In this document: one piece after another, positions 26,213 through 35,953 of the stretch
How the letters are laid out: each line of letters opens with the position of its first letter
Position numbering within the stretch: the first letter of the stretch is position 1
DNA from: Alistipes sp.
Lineage (GTDB): Bacteria; Bacteroidota; Bacteroidia; Bacteroidales; Rikenellaceae
Assembly (NCBI GenBank): GCA_017520545.1
Contig: JAFXFM010000003.1
Location: 5,062 to 69,061, forward strand
Length of the DNA stretch: 64,000 bases
Direction of reading: 5' to 3'
The notes under the pieces: generated by a model
What the model was told of the DNA's origin: nothing
The model's input: the letters and a program-made list of their open reading frames with translations, nothing else
Database searches by the model: none
Translations under genes and position numbers: made by a program

Positions 26213-27661
26213 CTAAAATCTGGTGTAAATAAAGGCGTTGTTGGTTGCCCCCACAAGGAGCGCAACACTCAAAATAAGTATTATAAGCGACGCTATCGTA
26301 CGCGCCGAAACATTCACAAAGGTCAATGTTTTGTCGTGCTTGGCGAGGAGTCGTTCTGTAAGGTTGGCGACATATTTACGTGTCGGCAAGCAGAAAACGA
26401 CAGCAGCCACCCACAACCAGAAGTTGTTCGTAAGCGCACTCTCCTCGGCAATATCGGCAACCACCGCACTCTGTCCGAACAGCGAGGCGTAGAATTTGCC
26501 CAGCAACTCGAAGTTGTCGAAGTAGAACAAGCCCCACGATATCAGTACTATGGCGCAGGTGTAGAGGTGCATAAACAGTCGCGGAATCTTCTCGACAAAA
26601 CGGAATATAAGATACTTTTCGACGAGCAAAATTGCACCGAAGTAGAGTCCCCAAAGCATAAAATTCCAACTTGCTCCGTGCCACAAACCCGTAAGCGTCC
26701 AGACAATAAGGATATTCACCATCTGGTGGCGACGGTTACCGCCCAGCGGAATATAGAGGTAGTCGCGGAAGAAACTTCCGAGCGAGATGTGCCAGCGACG
26801 CCAGAACTCGGTAATGGAGCGGCTTGCGTATGGGTGGTCGAAGTTCTCGTTGAAATGGAAACCCATACAGCGTCCCATACCGATAGCCATATCGGAGTAG
26901 CCCGAGAAGTCAAAGTATATCTGGAAAGCATAGGCGAATATGCCTATCCAAGCTCCTACGGTCGAGAGGTTGTTGATGCCATCGGTTAGGAATTGGTCGG
27001 CAATCTCGGAGAATTGGTTGGCAATGATAACCTTCTTGCCCAAACCTATGAGAAAGCGGAAAATGCCCTCGGCGACATCACTTGCCGAAACCGTGCGGCT
27101 GTTTATCTCGTGAGCAATGGTGTCGTAACGCACAATAGGTCCTGCCACCAACTGCGGAAACATCGAGATATAGAGCAACAAGTTACCGAAGTGGCGCTGT
27201 GCCGGCGACTGCTTACGATAGACGTCCACCAAGTAGGAGATTGATTGGAAGGTGTAGAAGCTGATACCTATTGGCAGGGCAATGTTCGGCAATGGAACAT
27301 CTATGCCTATATCGCAAAGTGTCTGCGCAAAGAGGTTGGCATATTTGAATGTGCCCAATATCGCAAGATTGGCAACGAGTCCGAGCGCAAGGGCAACCTT
27401 GCGACGCCTACCTTCGAAGTGGTCGATGCCGAGCCCGCTCAAATAGTTCAGAAAAACACAGAAGAGCATTAGAAAGACGTACACAGGCTCGCCCCAGCCG
27501 TAGAATATGAGCGAGAAGAGGACCGTTACTATATTTTTCAGCAACACACGCTTCTCGATTGCGCCCTTCGACATCGCCTTATCTCCCAACGCCGCCAACA
27601 TATAACAGATGGCGAACGACGGAATGAAGACAAACAAAAACAGTAGGTCCGAAAAAACCAT
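26213..27661 (-). CDS. MBOAT O-acyltransferase (AlgI/PatA/DltB-like)
   Basis: MVFSDLLFLF, LPIGISFYTFQ, FPQLVAGPIVRY, QIYFDFSGYSDMAIG, FWRRWHISLG, LWHGASWNF. Confidence 0.95.
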   Translation of the reverse strand: MVFSDLLFLFVFIPSFAICYMLAALGDKAMSKGAIEKRVLLKNIVTVLFSLIFYGWGEPVYVFLMLFCVFLNYLSGLGIDHFEGRRRKVALALGLVANLAILGTFKYANLFAQTLCDIGIDVPLPNIALPIGISFYTFQSISYLVDVYRKQSPAQRHFGNLLLYISMFPQLVAGPIVRYDTIAHEINSRTVSASDVAEGIFRFLIGLGKKVIIANQFSEIADQFLTDGINNLSTVGAWIGIFAYAFQIYFDFSGYSDMAIGMGRCMGFHFNENFDHPYASRSITEFWRRWHISLGSFFRDYLYIPLGGNRRHQMVNILIVWTLTGLWHGASWNFMLWGLYFGAILLVEKYLIFRFVEKIPRLFMHLYTCAIVLISWGLFYFDNFELLGKFYASLFGQSAVVADIAEESALTNNFWLWVAAVVFCLPTRKYVANLTERLLAKHDKTLTFVNVSARTIASLIILILSVALLVGATNNAFIYTRF

Positions 27662-27732
27662 TTATACGCTCTTTTTGTAATTTGAAATTCCGAAATTCAT
27701 TGACGACACTCTATGGGAGTATAAATCAAGGC

Positions 27733-27850
27733 GCAAAGGTAATAAATTTGCCCAAATAAAACACTTTGCGAACCATTTTTACCGCTCATCTTTTTCGGGG
27801 GCACTCTTGTTTCTTCTATTTTGTTGATTAAAATTTTATTACTATCTTTG
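27733..27850. promoter_or_regulatory. Divergent promoter pair (MBOAT operon / SH3 lipoprotein)
   Basis: TACCTTTG on minus strand near 27735 and TATCTTTG on plus strand at 27843-27850. Confidence 0.55.
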
Positions 27851-27947
27851 CGTGAGGTTTTGTTCGCCCAAAAAACAGAAACAACGGAGGGGCTAACAAA
27901 ATATGAGCATTAAATTTATCAAAAAACAATAAAATTTATTAAAAATT

Positions 27948-28649
27948 ATGAAGCGATTATTTACAAATTTGTTGGCTGTTTTGGCCTGCGTGAGCATTGC
28001 TTTTTCGCTCACAAGTTGTGGTGGTTCCGATTTGGTGTACGCCAATAGCCACGATGGATACCTCAATATCCGTGAGGAGCCAACTGCAAAGTCGAGCATT
28101 GTTGGTCGAATGTACAACGGCGACGAGGGTGCAACAGACCTCGGTATTGTTGCCGGCGACTGGATGCAGGTGGAGCAGCGCGGAGTTGTTGGTTGGGTTC
28201 ACAGAAACTATGTCCAGAGCGTACCATCTTCGCCTGTGCTGATGACGAATGAGGCTTTGAGCGGTGTATGGGTTCTCAGCAATTGGTGGAACGCAGACGG
28301 CGACCTCAACTCGCACAACCCATACCTCTTCTTCGAAGATGGCACATACGCACAAGCAGATTGGTCGGGATGTTTGAGATATGCCGGCAAATGGAGTATG
28401 CTCGAAGGTCGTATCGAGTTGGAGCAACTCTACAATATGGCCACAAGAGAGAAAGAACGTGAGGGCAAGACAATCATCGTTGTTCGCGAGAACTCTACTA
28501 AAAAACTTCTCGACTCGGATAGCGGCGATGTTTTCTACAAAAGCAAGTTTATCTCTGATGCGGCTACCCGTTGGGATTCCAATATCGGCAAATGGTCGAA
28601 GACTCTCTTCGACAGAGCCCACGGCGAGGTTTCTGCAATACTTAATTAA
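27948..28649 (+). CDS. SH3b-domain lipoprotein
   Basis: Lipobox LTS-C; YLNIREEPTAKSSIVG...DWMQVE..GVVGWVHRNYV. Confidence 0.85.
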   Translation: MKRLFTNLLAVLACVSIAFSLTSCGGSDLVYANSHDGYLNIREEPTAKSSIVGRMYNGDEGATDLGIVAGDWMQVEQRGVVGWVHRNYVQSVPSSPVLMTNEALSGVWVLSNWWNADGDLNSHNPYLFFEDGTYAQADWSGCLRYAGKWSMLEGRIELEQLYNMATREKEREGKTIIVVRENSTKKLLDSDSGDVFYKSKFISDAATRWDSNIGKWSKTLFDRAHGEVSAILN

Positions 28650-28705
28650 TTGACTCAGTACTAATTTCGCCCCGCCCAAATCGGCGGGGCAAATAGTCGG
28701 ATATT

Positions 28706-29707
28706 ATGAAGAGATTTGTAAGTTTTTTGGCACTCTTTGCCGTTGCTGCAACAACCTTTACGGGCTGTGATGATTGCAATGCAAGGTCGCAAAAACGTTC
28801 GCGATTTTCAATTTTAGATGGGGCTCGAAGGGCTCTCGACAACTCCTCGGCACAAGCAAACGAGGAGGAGCAACCCTTTGTGGAGCACAGAATTGACGAA
28901 CCCGAGCAACCCGTTCTTTTGGCAAAGAATACCGAGGCGGAGCCTCAGGTTGCGCCCGTCGTAGAGAAGAAAGAGGCTCCGAAGCCAAAACAGGCGCCGG
29001 TCGCAGAGCAGAAGGCTGAGCCGAAGCCAAAAGCCTCTTCGGGCGTCGATTTTGACAAGATGATGCAGAAGTATGGTTTGGTCGATATCCGCACCCTCGA
29101 CAAGAACATTCTTGTTGAGTTGAAGTACTCGACGACGGACAACTTCGTGGGCAAGGATATGTATGGCTCGCTCGAACGCGCCTACCTCGAACCAAACTTC
29201 GCAAAGAGGGTTTTGCGTGCGCAGAAGATTCTTCGTAAAAGGTATCCTAACTACACCCTTCTAATCTACGATGCTGCCCGCCCAATCAGCGTTCAGCGCA
29301 CTATGAGAAAGATGGTTGAGGGTACCGAATTTCAGAGTTTTGTTGCCGACGGCACAAAGGGCGGTCGCCACAACTACGGCGTAGCGGTCGATGTTACAAT
29401 CGCCGACAGCAAGGGCAAGGCGTTGGATATGGGTACGGGATTCGATTCGTTCGACAAGGCCTCAGCGGTTAAGGGAACATCGGACAACAGCGACCCAACA
29501 ACCCGCACCATCGAGATTTATCGCGCCTTTGTTCGCAATTTGCAGGCGAAAAAGCTTATCTCGAAGGAGGCTGCCGACAATCGTATTCTTCTGTTGGAGG
29601 TTATGTACGAAGCGGGGCTCTATCCTTATCGTAACGAGTGGTGGCACTTCGAGTTGATCGACTCGATGGCGAAGGTCCGCAACACCTATCGCCTTCTGGA
29701 TTTCTAA
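28706..29707 (+). CDS. D-alanyl-D-alanine dipeptidase (VanX/DdpX, M15D) with lipoprotein-like N-terminus
   Basis: VELKYSTTDNFVG, IYDAARP, HNYGVAVDVT, EWWHFE. Confidence 0.88.
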   Translation: MKRFVSFLALFAVAATTFTGCDDCNARSQKRSRFSILDGARRALDNSSAQANEEEQPFVEHRIDEPEQPVLLAKNTEAEPQVAPVVEKKEAPKPKQAPVAEQKAEPKPKASSGVDFDKMMQKYGLVDIRTLDKNILVELKYSTTDNFVGKDMYGSLERAYLEPNFAKRVLRAQKILRKRYPNYTLLIYDAARPISVQRTMRKMVEGTEFQSFVADGTKGGRHNYGVAVDVTIADSKGKALDMGTGFDSFDKASAVKGTSDNSDPTTRTIEIYRAFVRNLQAKKLISKEAADNRILLLEVMYEAGLYPYRNEWWHFELIDSMAKVRNTYRLLDF

Positions 29708-29724
29708 CTGCGATACACCTCACA

Positions 29725-29766
29725 AAAATAGACGAGGGCGTCCTTTTAGGACCCCCTCGTTTTTGT
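29725..29766. terminator. Bidirectional terminator
   Basis: ACGAGGG-GTCC/GGAC-CCCTCGT hairpin flanked by A- and T-runs between convergent genes. Confidence 0.65.
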
Positions 29767-29795
29767 TTGACACAGGTCGCACCGATACCCTACAA

Positions 29796-30098
29796 CTACG
29801 CCTCTCCGTGATTCTTGAAACCGATAGGAGCCTGTGGTTGTATCAACTCGATACGAGCAACGTTCGACTCGTAGCGGGCGATATTCTCCTGCAACGACAT
29901 CAGAAGTCGCTTGGCGTGCTCGGGAGTTAGAATTATGCGACTCTTAACCTTTGCCTTTGGCAAACCCGGCAGCAATGCCGCAAAATCGAGTATAAATTCC
30001 GACGTGGAGTGCGAGATAATTGCCAAATTCGAGTAGTGTCCCTGCGCCACTTCAGCATCGAGTTCCACATCTATTCCGTGTTGTTTTACTTCGTTCAT
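29796..30098 (-). CDS. DUF3467 domain protein
   Basis: IDVELDAEVAQGHYSNLAIISHSTSEFILDF, VKSRIILTPEHAKRLL. Confidence 0.9.
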   Translation of the reverse strand: MNEVKQHGIDVELDAEVAQGHYSNLAIISHSTSEFILDFAALLPGLPKAKVKSRIILTPEHAKRLLMSLQENIARYESNVARIELIQPQAPIGFKNHGEA

Positions 30099-30295
30099 TG
30101 GTTCTGTTTTTGTTTTCTCTTACGACAAAGATATACAATTTAAAGAAACTGCTTCGAACTTTGTAAAATAAGTTATCAACAATAAAATCACATAAGGCAT
30201 ACAAAATGCAGGGCAAAAAGGATAAAATATAACATATTTTTAATACCTTTGTAGGGTAATTTGCATTAGTGTGTCCAAAGATAAAGCAAAGAGTT

Positions 30296-30973
30296 ATGTG
30301 GAGTTCGATTATTGATTTTGTACTACGAGGTGTTATTGTGGGTCTGGCGTCGTCGGTTACGGTGGGTCCCGTAGCGGTGCTCTGCATACAACGAACACTG
30401 AATAAGGGTCGCCGCGCAGGATTTATCTCCGGTCTCGGCGTGGCTTGCGCCGATACGTTGATGGCGATTATAGCCTTCTTCTTCTATTCGCTCCTGGAGT
30501 CGCAAATCAAGGAGTACGAAGATATAATAACCGTTGTCGGAGGTATGTTTGTGCTGGTTGTGGGTGTGGCAATTTTCCTGAAAAAGGCGTCGCCTCAGAT
30601 TCACAAGAAGCAAAAGAGCAACTCGACGTCGTGGCGCGACTTCGCCTCGATGTTTGGCTTTACGTTGGCAAACTTCGTATCGGTAATACCTTACATTCTC
30701 GCCTTCTTCGCAATGTTGGGCGTATCGTCGCACGACGGCTCGAAGGATGTCGCCTCGCTACTGAGCAGCGCACTGATTCTTGGTGGTTTCTTCGCAGGAG
30801 CAGCAATGTGGTGGTTCATCATATCGTTGATTATAAGCCTCTTCAAGCGAGGCTTCCGCCCTCACCATATGCAGACAATAAACCGCGTGGCGGGCGTAAT
30901 AATCAGTCTTTTAGGAATAATAACAATACTTTCGACATTTATCTCAAACACCCCAAATGGAGCAGTTAAATAA
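30296..30973 (+). CDS. LysE/RhtB family translocator
   Basis: GPVAVLCIQRTL..GRRAGFISGLGVACAD; hydrophobic; start at MWSSII. Confidence 0.88.
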   Translation: MWSSIIDFVLRGVIVGLASSVTVGPVAVLCIQRTLNKGRRAGFISGLGVACADTLMAIIAFFFYSLLESQIKEYEDIITVVGGMFVLVVGVAIFLKKASPQIHKKQKSNSTSWRDFASMFGFTLANFVSVIPYILAFFAMLGVSSHDGSKDVASLLSSALILGGFFAGAAMWWFIISLIISLFKRGFRPHHMQTINRVAGVIISLLGIITILSTFISNTPNGAVK

Positions 30974-31661
30974 AAAAATCATCATCGCCCTCGATGGATT
31001 TTCATCGTGTGGCAAGAGCACTTTTGCAAAGAGTATCGCTCAGCGTCTCGGATATATCTTTATCGACACCGGAGCGATGTATCGCGCCGTAACCCTCTAC
31101 GCACTCGAACACGGAGCCATTCGTTCGGGCATCGTAGACGAGGACGAGGTGGTACGCCTCCTCTCCGAAATCTCGATAACTTTCCGTTTCAACCCACAAC
31201 GAGGAGCAAGCGATATCTACGTAAATGGCGACTTGGTGGAGGGTAAAATCCGCACTATTGAGGTGTCGAATTGCGTAAGTCCTGTAAGTGCTATCGCCGA
31301 GGTGCGAGAGAAGCTCGTGGCGATGCAGCAGGAGATGGGCCGCAAAAGGGGTGTTGTGATGGACGGTCGCGATATCGGAACAGTGGTTTTCCCAAATGCC
31401 GAGTTGAAGATTTTTATGACTGCCGACCCGAAGGTGCGTGCCGAGCGTCGCTATGCCGAGTTACAGGCAAAGGGCGACAATGTATCGTTCGAGGAGGTTT
31501 TGGAGAATGTCGTATCGCGCGATAAGGCGGATATGTCGCGTGCGATATCGCCATTGCAACAGGCTACAGATGCCATTGTTCTCGACAATAGCTATATGAC
31601 CGTCGAGGAGCAGATGGAGTGGTTCGATAAGGAGTTTGCACGAGTGCAAAGCACCCTTTAA
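30957..31661 (+). CDS. cmk: Cytidylate kinase
   Basis: IALDGFSSCGKST, IDTGAMYRAVT, VMDGRDIGTVVFP, RDKAD. Confidence 0.97.
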   Translation: MEQLNKKIIIALDGFSSCGKSTFAKSIAQRLGYIFIDTGAMYRAVTLYALEHGAIRSGIVDEDEVVRLLSEISITFRFNPQRGASDIYVNGDLVEGKIRTIEVSNCVSPVSAIAEVREKLVAMQQEMGRKRGVVMDGRDIGTVVFPNAELKIFMTADPKVRAERRYAELQAKGDNVSFEEVLENVVSRDKADMSRAISPLQQATDAIVLDNSYMTVEEQMEWFDKEFARVQSTL

Positions 31662-31696
31662 TTGAGAATTAAAGATATTTTTGGTTTTCCGTTTGT

Positions 31697-32557
31697 ATGC
31701 GCGTAGAGATTGATGAACATTCGGGTTTTTGCTTTGGCGTTGTAAGGGCGATATCCGAGGCGGAGAGGGCACTCGCCGACGGGGAGGTTGCCTCGCTTGG
31801 CGATATTGTTCACAATCGCGTCGAGGTGCAACGACTCGAATCCATCGGTCTAAAAACAATTTCCCATCAGGATATTGCGGCAATTGCGGGTAAGAGAGTG
31901 CTTATTCGTGCCCACGGCGAACCTCCCAAAACCTACGCCTTGGCAAAGGAGGCGGGGGTTGAGATTATCGACGCCACCTGCCCTGTGGTTGCGGCTCTGC
32001 AACGCAAAGTAAAGGAGGCGCACAAGAAGATGAGCGAAGTGGGTGGCACGGTAGTTATCTTGGGTAAGCGCGGACACGCCGAAGTGGTGGGATTGACCGG
32101 GCAGGTCGATGGGGACGCCATAGTGGTGGAGAATGAGGAGGATCTGCAAACGATTGACTTCTCGCATCCCATATACTTCCTCTCGCAAACCACACAGAGC
32201 GTAGAAAAGTTCCGTCGCCTTACCGAAATTATGCTCGAACGTCTACCCGACAAGACTATGCTTACGGCGGATGATACGATTTGTCGCCGAGTATCCTCGC
32301 GTGAGGAGCATCTTCGAGAGTTTGCTGCCAAGCACGACATTATAATTTTTGTCTGCGGTCGTAAGTCGAGCAATGGCAAAGTATTATACGACATCTGCCG
32401 CCAAGAAAATGAGCGATCGTACAACATTGAGGAGGCAGGCGAGCTACGTAAGGAGTGGTTCGAGGGTGTGGAGAGCGTAGGAATTTGCGGGGCAACCTCA
32501 ACACCAAAGTGGCTGATGGAAACGATTGCAAATGCAATTGTTTCGATTGAGAATTGA
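31697..32557 (+). CDS. ispH: 4-hydroxy-3-methylbut-2-enyl diphosphate reductase
   Basis: SGFCFGV, IRAHG, DATCPVV, SQTT, DTICRRV, KSSN, GATSTP. Confidence 0.97.
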   Translation: MRVEIDEHSGFCFGVVRAISEAERALADGEVASLGDIVHNRVEVQRLESIGLKTISHQDIAAIAGKRVLIRAHGEPPKTYALAKEAGVEIIDATCPVVAALQRKVKEAHKKMSEVGGTVVILGKRGHAEVVGLTGQVDGDAIVVENEEDLQTIDFSHPIYFLSQTTQSVEKFRRLTEIMLERLPDKTMLTADDTICRRVSSREEHLREFAAKHDIIIFVCGRKSSNGKVLYDICRQENERSYNIEEAGELRKEWFEGVESVGICGATSTPKWLMETIANAIVSIEN

Positions 32558-32621
32558 GAATAGACTTTTAACAGAATAAAGCCAATGGCTAAATGCTAAT
32601 GGCTAAAAGCAAAAAATAACG

Positions 32622-33101
32622 ATGAAGAAGTATTTAATTCGCAGTGTAAAATATCTTGTCGCAATTAGCGTTTTATATGTGGCGTTATCGTGGGTTATGC
32701 ACTACGCAAACAATGTGCAAGGCATCACCTTTGGTGAGCGAATGTTGGCAATGTTGAACAACGGTTGGCAAGGCTGGTCGGCGATTGTGGGAATTATCCT
32801 GCTGGCGGTAACGTATCCATATTTCGGCTATGTTAAGCGCCATATCTCGGGAAATATCGTAACCGACCGCGCACAGTTGAACCAAGCCGCCGAGTTTACC
32901 GGTTTGGAGCTCGTTGCCGAGAGTGGTGGCGAATTGGTCTATCGCGCCAAGGGGTTGCGTCGATTTGTAATGCTCTTTGAGGATGAGGTGCGAGTAAGAC
33001 AGCGTGGCGAAGAGGTTGAGATTGAGGGTTTGCGTCGTATTGCCGTTCGTATGGCGTTCGATGCAGAGCGATATATTACAAATAAGAGAAGAGTCGAGTA
33101 G
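32622..33101 (+). CDS. Hypothetical membrane protein (2 TM)
   Basis: Two hydrophobic segments, operon position between ispH and the S41 peptidase. Confidence 0.75.
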   Translation: MKKYLIRSVKYLVAISVLYVALSWVMHYANNVQGITFGERMLAMLNNGWQGWSAIVGIILLAVTYPYFGYVKRHISGNIVTDRAQLNQAAEFTGLELVAESGGELVYRAKGLRRFVMLFEDEVRVRQRGEEVEIEGLRRIAVRMAFDAERYITNKRRVE

Positions 33102-33104
33102 AAG

Positions 33105-34766
33105 ATGAAGAGAACTTTTTTTAAATATCTGTTGGTGGCTACTGCCATCGTAACAGTTGTGATAGGTGGTACCGCCAAAGATAAGAGAACCTTTGATCTG
33201 GGGCGGAATATGGAGATTATGGTCAATATGATGCACGTCCTATCGAACGAATATGTAGATAAGGTCGATGCCGACGAGATAATGAAGAATGGAGCCAACG
33301 GCATTACTTCGATGTTGGACCCATACACAACGTTTATCTCCGAGAAGGAGCGCCCAAGTTTCGAAACAATGATATCGGGACGCTATGGCGGTATCGGCTC
33401 ACTTATTCGCAAGAAGGACGAATATGTTATCATTGCCGAGCCCTACAAAGGCTCTCCGGCGGATAAGGCAGGGCTGAAAATCGGCGATAAAATTGTGGCT
33501 ATCGACGATAAAGATATTCGCGGAATGGAGATTGGCGACGTTAGTGCTATGTTGCGTGGCGAACCAAACACTACAGTTAAAGTTACCGTCGAACGACTGA
33601 TTTCGGGCGAGCGCGAGGTGGTTAAAATTCGCCGTCAGCGTATTGCTCTACCAAGCATCACCTACTTCGGCTATGTCGCCGATGGTGTGGGATACATTCG
33701 CCACGCCGACTTCACCGAAAAGTGCTACGACGATATGCGTACCGCGATTTTGGAGTTGCAGAAGGAGGGCGAGTTGAAGTCGCTTATTCTCGACTACCGC
33801 AACAATGGTGGAGGGTTGTTACACACCGCAATTGATGTATTGTCGTTGTTTGTGCCGAAGGGGACAATGGTTGTCGAGACACGTGGTCGCGACAAACAGT
33901 CTCACAAGCTCTACACACAGCACGAGCCTCTACTACCAAACACTCCGCTTGCAGTGCTGATAAATGGCAATAGCGCCTCGGCCGCCGAGATTGTTGCCGG
34001 TGCAATTCAGGACCTCGATAGAGGCGTTTTGATTGGTCGTCGCAGCTTCGGCAAGGGTTTGGTACAGACCACCTACCCTCTCGGATACAACGCACAGCTC
34101 AAATTTACGGTTGCCAAGTATTATATCCCTTCGGGGCGCTGTATTCAGGCGGTAAACTACTCGCACGATGGTCAAAGAGAGGAGATTCCAGACTCGCTTA
34201 TCAAGGAGTTCAAAACGGCGCGTGGTCGCAAGGTCTACGATGGAGGAGGCATTATGCCCGACAAGAAGATGGCTCCGGAGTATATCAGCTCGTTTGCCTT
34301 AACGCTTGTATATATGGGCTTAATAGATGACTTTGGCGATGAATATATGAAGCGAAACCACGCAAAACCTATCGAGAATATCAAAACTTTCTCCATATCG
34401 GACGAGGATTATGCCGAATTTTCGAAGATGGTTATGGCACGCGATATTCCTTACAAGTCGGAGTCGCGTACGGCTCTCGAAAAGTTGCGTAAATCGCTTG
34501 CCAATGAACGTAACACCTCGCTCAATGAGGCGCTCGACGCAATTGATAAGGGGCTGAAAGATGACAAGGAGAGTAACCTCAAAACCTTCCGCAAGGAGAT
34601 TGTTGAGCAGATAAATCGGAACATTGTTCTGCGCTACGCCTACGCCGAAGGTGTTATTGTTAATTCGTTGGGCGGTGATAGCGACATTAACGAGGCAATA
34701 AAGTTGCTCTCGAATAAGGAGGAGTACGACAGAATTACAACCAAGCAGGATACCGAGCGAAAGTAG
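33105..34766 (+). CDS. S41 carboxy-terminal processing protease (PDZ)
   Basis: LDPYT, GIG, GSPADKAGL, LILDYRNNGGGLL, SASAAEIVAGAIQD, SFGKGLVQ. Confidence 0.95.
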   Translation: MKRTFFKYLLVATAIVTVVIGGTAKDKRTFDLGRNMEIMVNMMHVLSNEYVDKVDADEIMKNGANGITSMLDPYTTFISEKERPSFETMISGRYGGIGSLIRKKDEYVIIAEPYKGSPADKAGLKIGDKIVAIDDKDIRGMEIGDVSAMLRGEPNTTVKVTVERLISGEREVVKIRRQRIALPSITYFGYVADGVGYIRHADFTEKCYDDMRTAILELQKEGELKSLILDYRNNGGGLLHTAIDVLSLFVPKGTMVVETRGRDKQSHKLYTQHEPLLPNTPLAVLINGNSASAAEIVAGAIQDLDRGVLIGRRSFGKGLVQTTYPLGYNAQLKFTVAKYYIPSGRCIQAVNYSHDGQREEIPDSLIKEFKTARGRKVYDGGGIMPDKKMAPEYISSFALTLVYMGLIDDFGDEYMKRNHAKPIENIKTFSISDEDYAEFSKMVMARDIPYKSESRTALEKLRKSLANERNTSLNEALDAIDKGLKDDKESNLKTFRKEIVEQINRNIVLRYAYAEGVIVNSLGGDSDINEAIKLLSNKEEYDRITTKQDTERK

Positions 34767-34777
34767 CGCAATAGAAG

Positions 34778-35950
34778 ATGTTTCGGCGGATAAAAAATAC
34801 GGTTCTCGAAAATGGTCGAGTGGTGGTTTTGCTACTCGCCACCATCTTCATTGCCGCATCCCTACTGCTGACATACAATATGGCGCGTTCACTCCACCAC
34901 AAAGAGGAGCACGATGTGGGCCTATGGGCTGCCGCTATGGAGCGTGTAAATCGCGATGCAATGGGCAACTATACCAAAGATCCGCTCGTTGCCCGCATCA
35001 TCAATAACCGAAACAACATTCCGTTTATCATCACCGACGAGAATCTGCACGTTATATCATACCACTTGGTGCCGTCCGATATTATAAACTCGCCGATGCT
35101 GCTGCACGAAGTGCTCAACAGAATGGTTGATGAGAACACCCCTATCATTGTCCATTTCGGCAAGAACAAGGAGCACAATCACATCATCTTCTACGGCTAT
35201 TCGCAGACGCTACGTACCCTCTACATCTTCCCGATAATTCAGATTTTGATTATCGTGGTCTTTGTGTTGGTGGTCTTTGTCGCCTTCCGCTCGATGAAGC
35301 AGAACGAACAGAGCCGCGTGTGGGTTGGTCTCGCCAAGGAGACGGCTCACCAACTCGGCACGCCCACCTCATCACTGCTCGGTTGGGTGGAGTATCTGCG
35401 TGAGCAGCCCGTGGATCAGAGTGCTGTAGATGAGATACAGAAGGACCTCTCGCACCTGATGAAGATCGTGGACCGCTTCTCGAAAATCGGCTCGGAAACG
35501 CAACTCAAAGAGGAGTCGCTAAACGAGGTGGTAGGAGATGCCGTAACCTACTTCCGCAAGCGTATTCCACGCAATGTAACGCTCGAATACAATGGACTCA
35601 ACACCGAAACTATAATGGTGAAGATGAGTGCAACTCTCTTCGAGTGGGTGGTGGAAAACCTAATGAAAAATGCTCTCGACGCCCTGCAAGGACACGGCAC
35701 AATAAGGGTTACTATTGGTCAGGACAACAAAAATGCGTGGGTTGATGTTGCCGACACAGGTAAGGGTATTCCGAAGTCGAAGTGGAAGCGCATTTTCGAG
35801 CCCGGATACACCACAAAAACTCGCGGTTGGGGCTTGGGACTATCACTCTCACACCGCGTGATTAAGGAGTATCACAAGGGCAAAATCGCAGTCGTCGATT
35901 CGGCTATCGACGTGGGAACAACTATCCGTATAACCATTAAAAAGGCATAA
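34778..35950 (+). CDS. Sensor histidine kinase (orphan)
   Basis: H-box KETAHQLGTP, N-box ENLMKNALDA, DTGKG, GWGLGL; two TMs; no adjacent regulator. Confidence 0.93.
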   Translation: MFRRIKNTVLENGRVVVLLLATIFIAASLLLTYNMARSLHHKEEHDVGLWAAAMERVNRDAMGNYTKDPLVARIINNRNNIPFIITDENLHVISYHLVPSDIINSPMLLHEVLNRMVDENTPIIVHFGKNKEHNHIIFYGYSQTLRTLYIFPIIQILIIVVFVLVVFVAFRSMKQNEQSRVWVGLAKETAHQLGTPTSSLLGWVEYLREQPVDQSAVDEIQKDLSHLMKIVDRFSKIGSETQLKEESLNEVVGDAVTYFRKRIPRNVTLEYNGLNTETIMVKMSATLFEWVVENLMKNALDALQGHGTIRVTIGQDNKNAWVDVADTGKGIPKSKWKRIFEPGYTTKTRGWGLGLSLSHRVIKEYHKGKIAVVDSAIDVGTTIRITIKKA

Positions 35951-35953
35951 AAG

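Noticed and set aside
28706-29707. Acquired vancomycin-resistance cluster
   Set aside because: Lone VanX-like gene with no vanH/vanA/vanRS, in a Gram-negative host.
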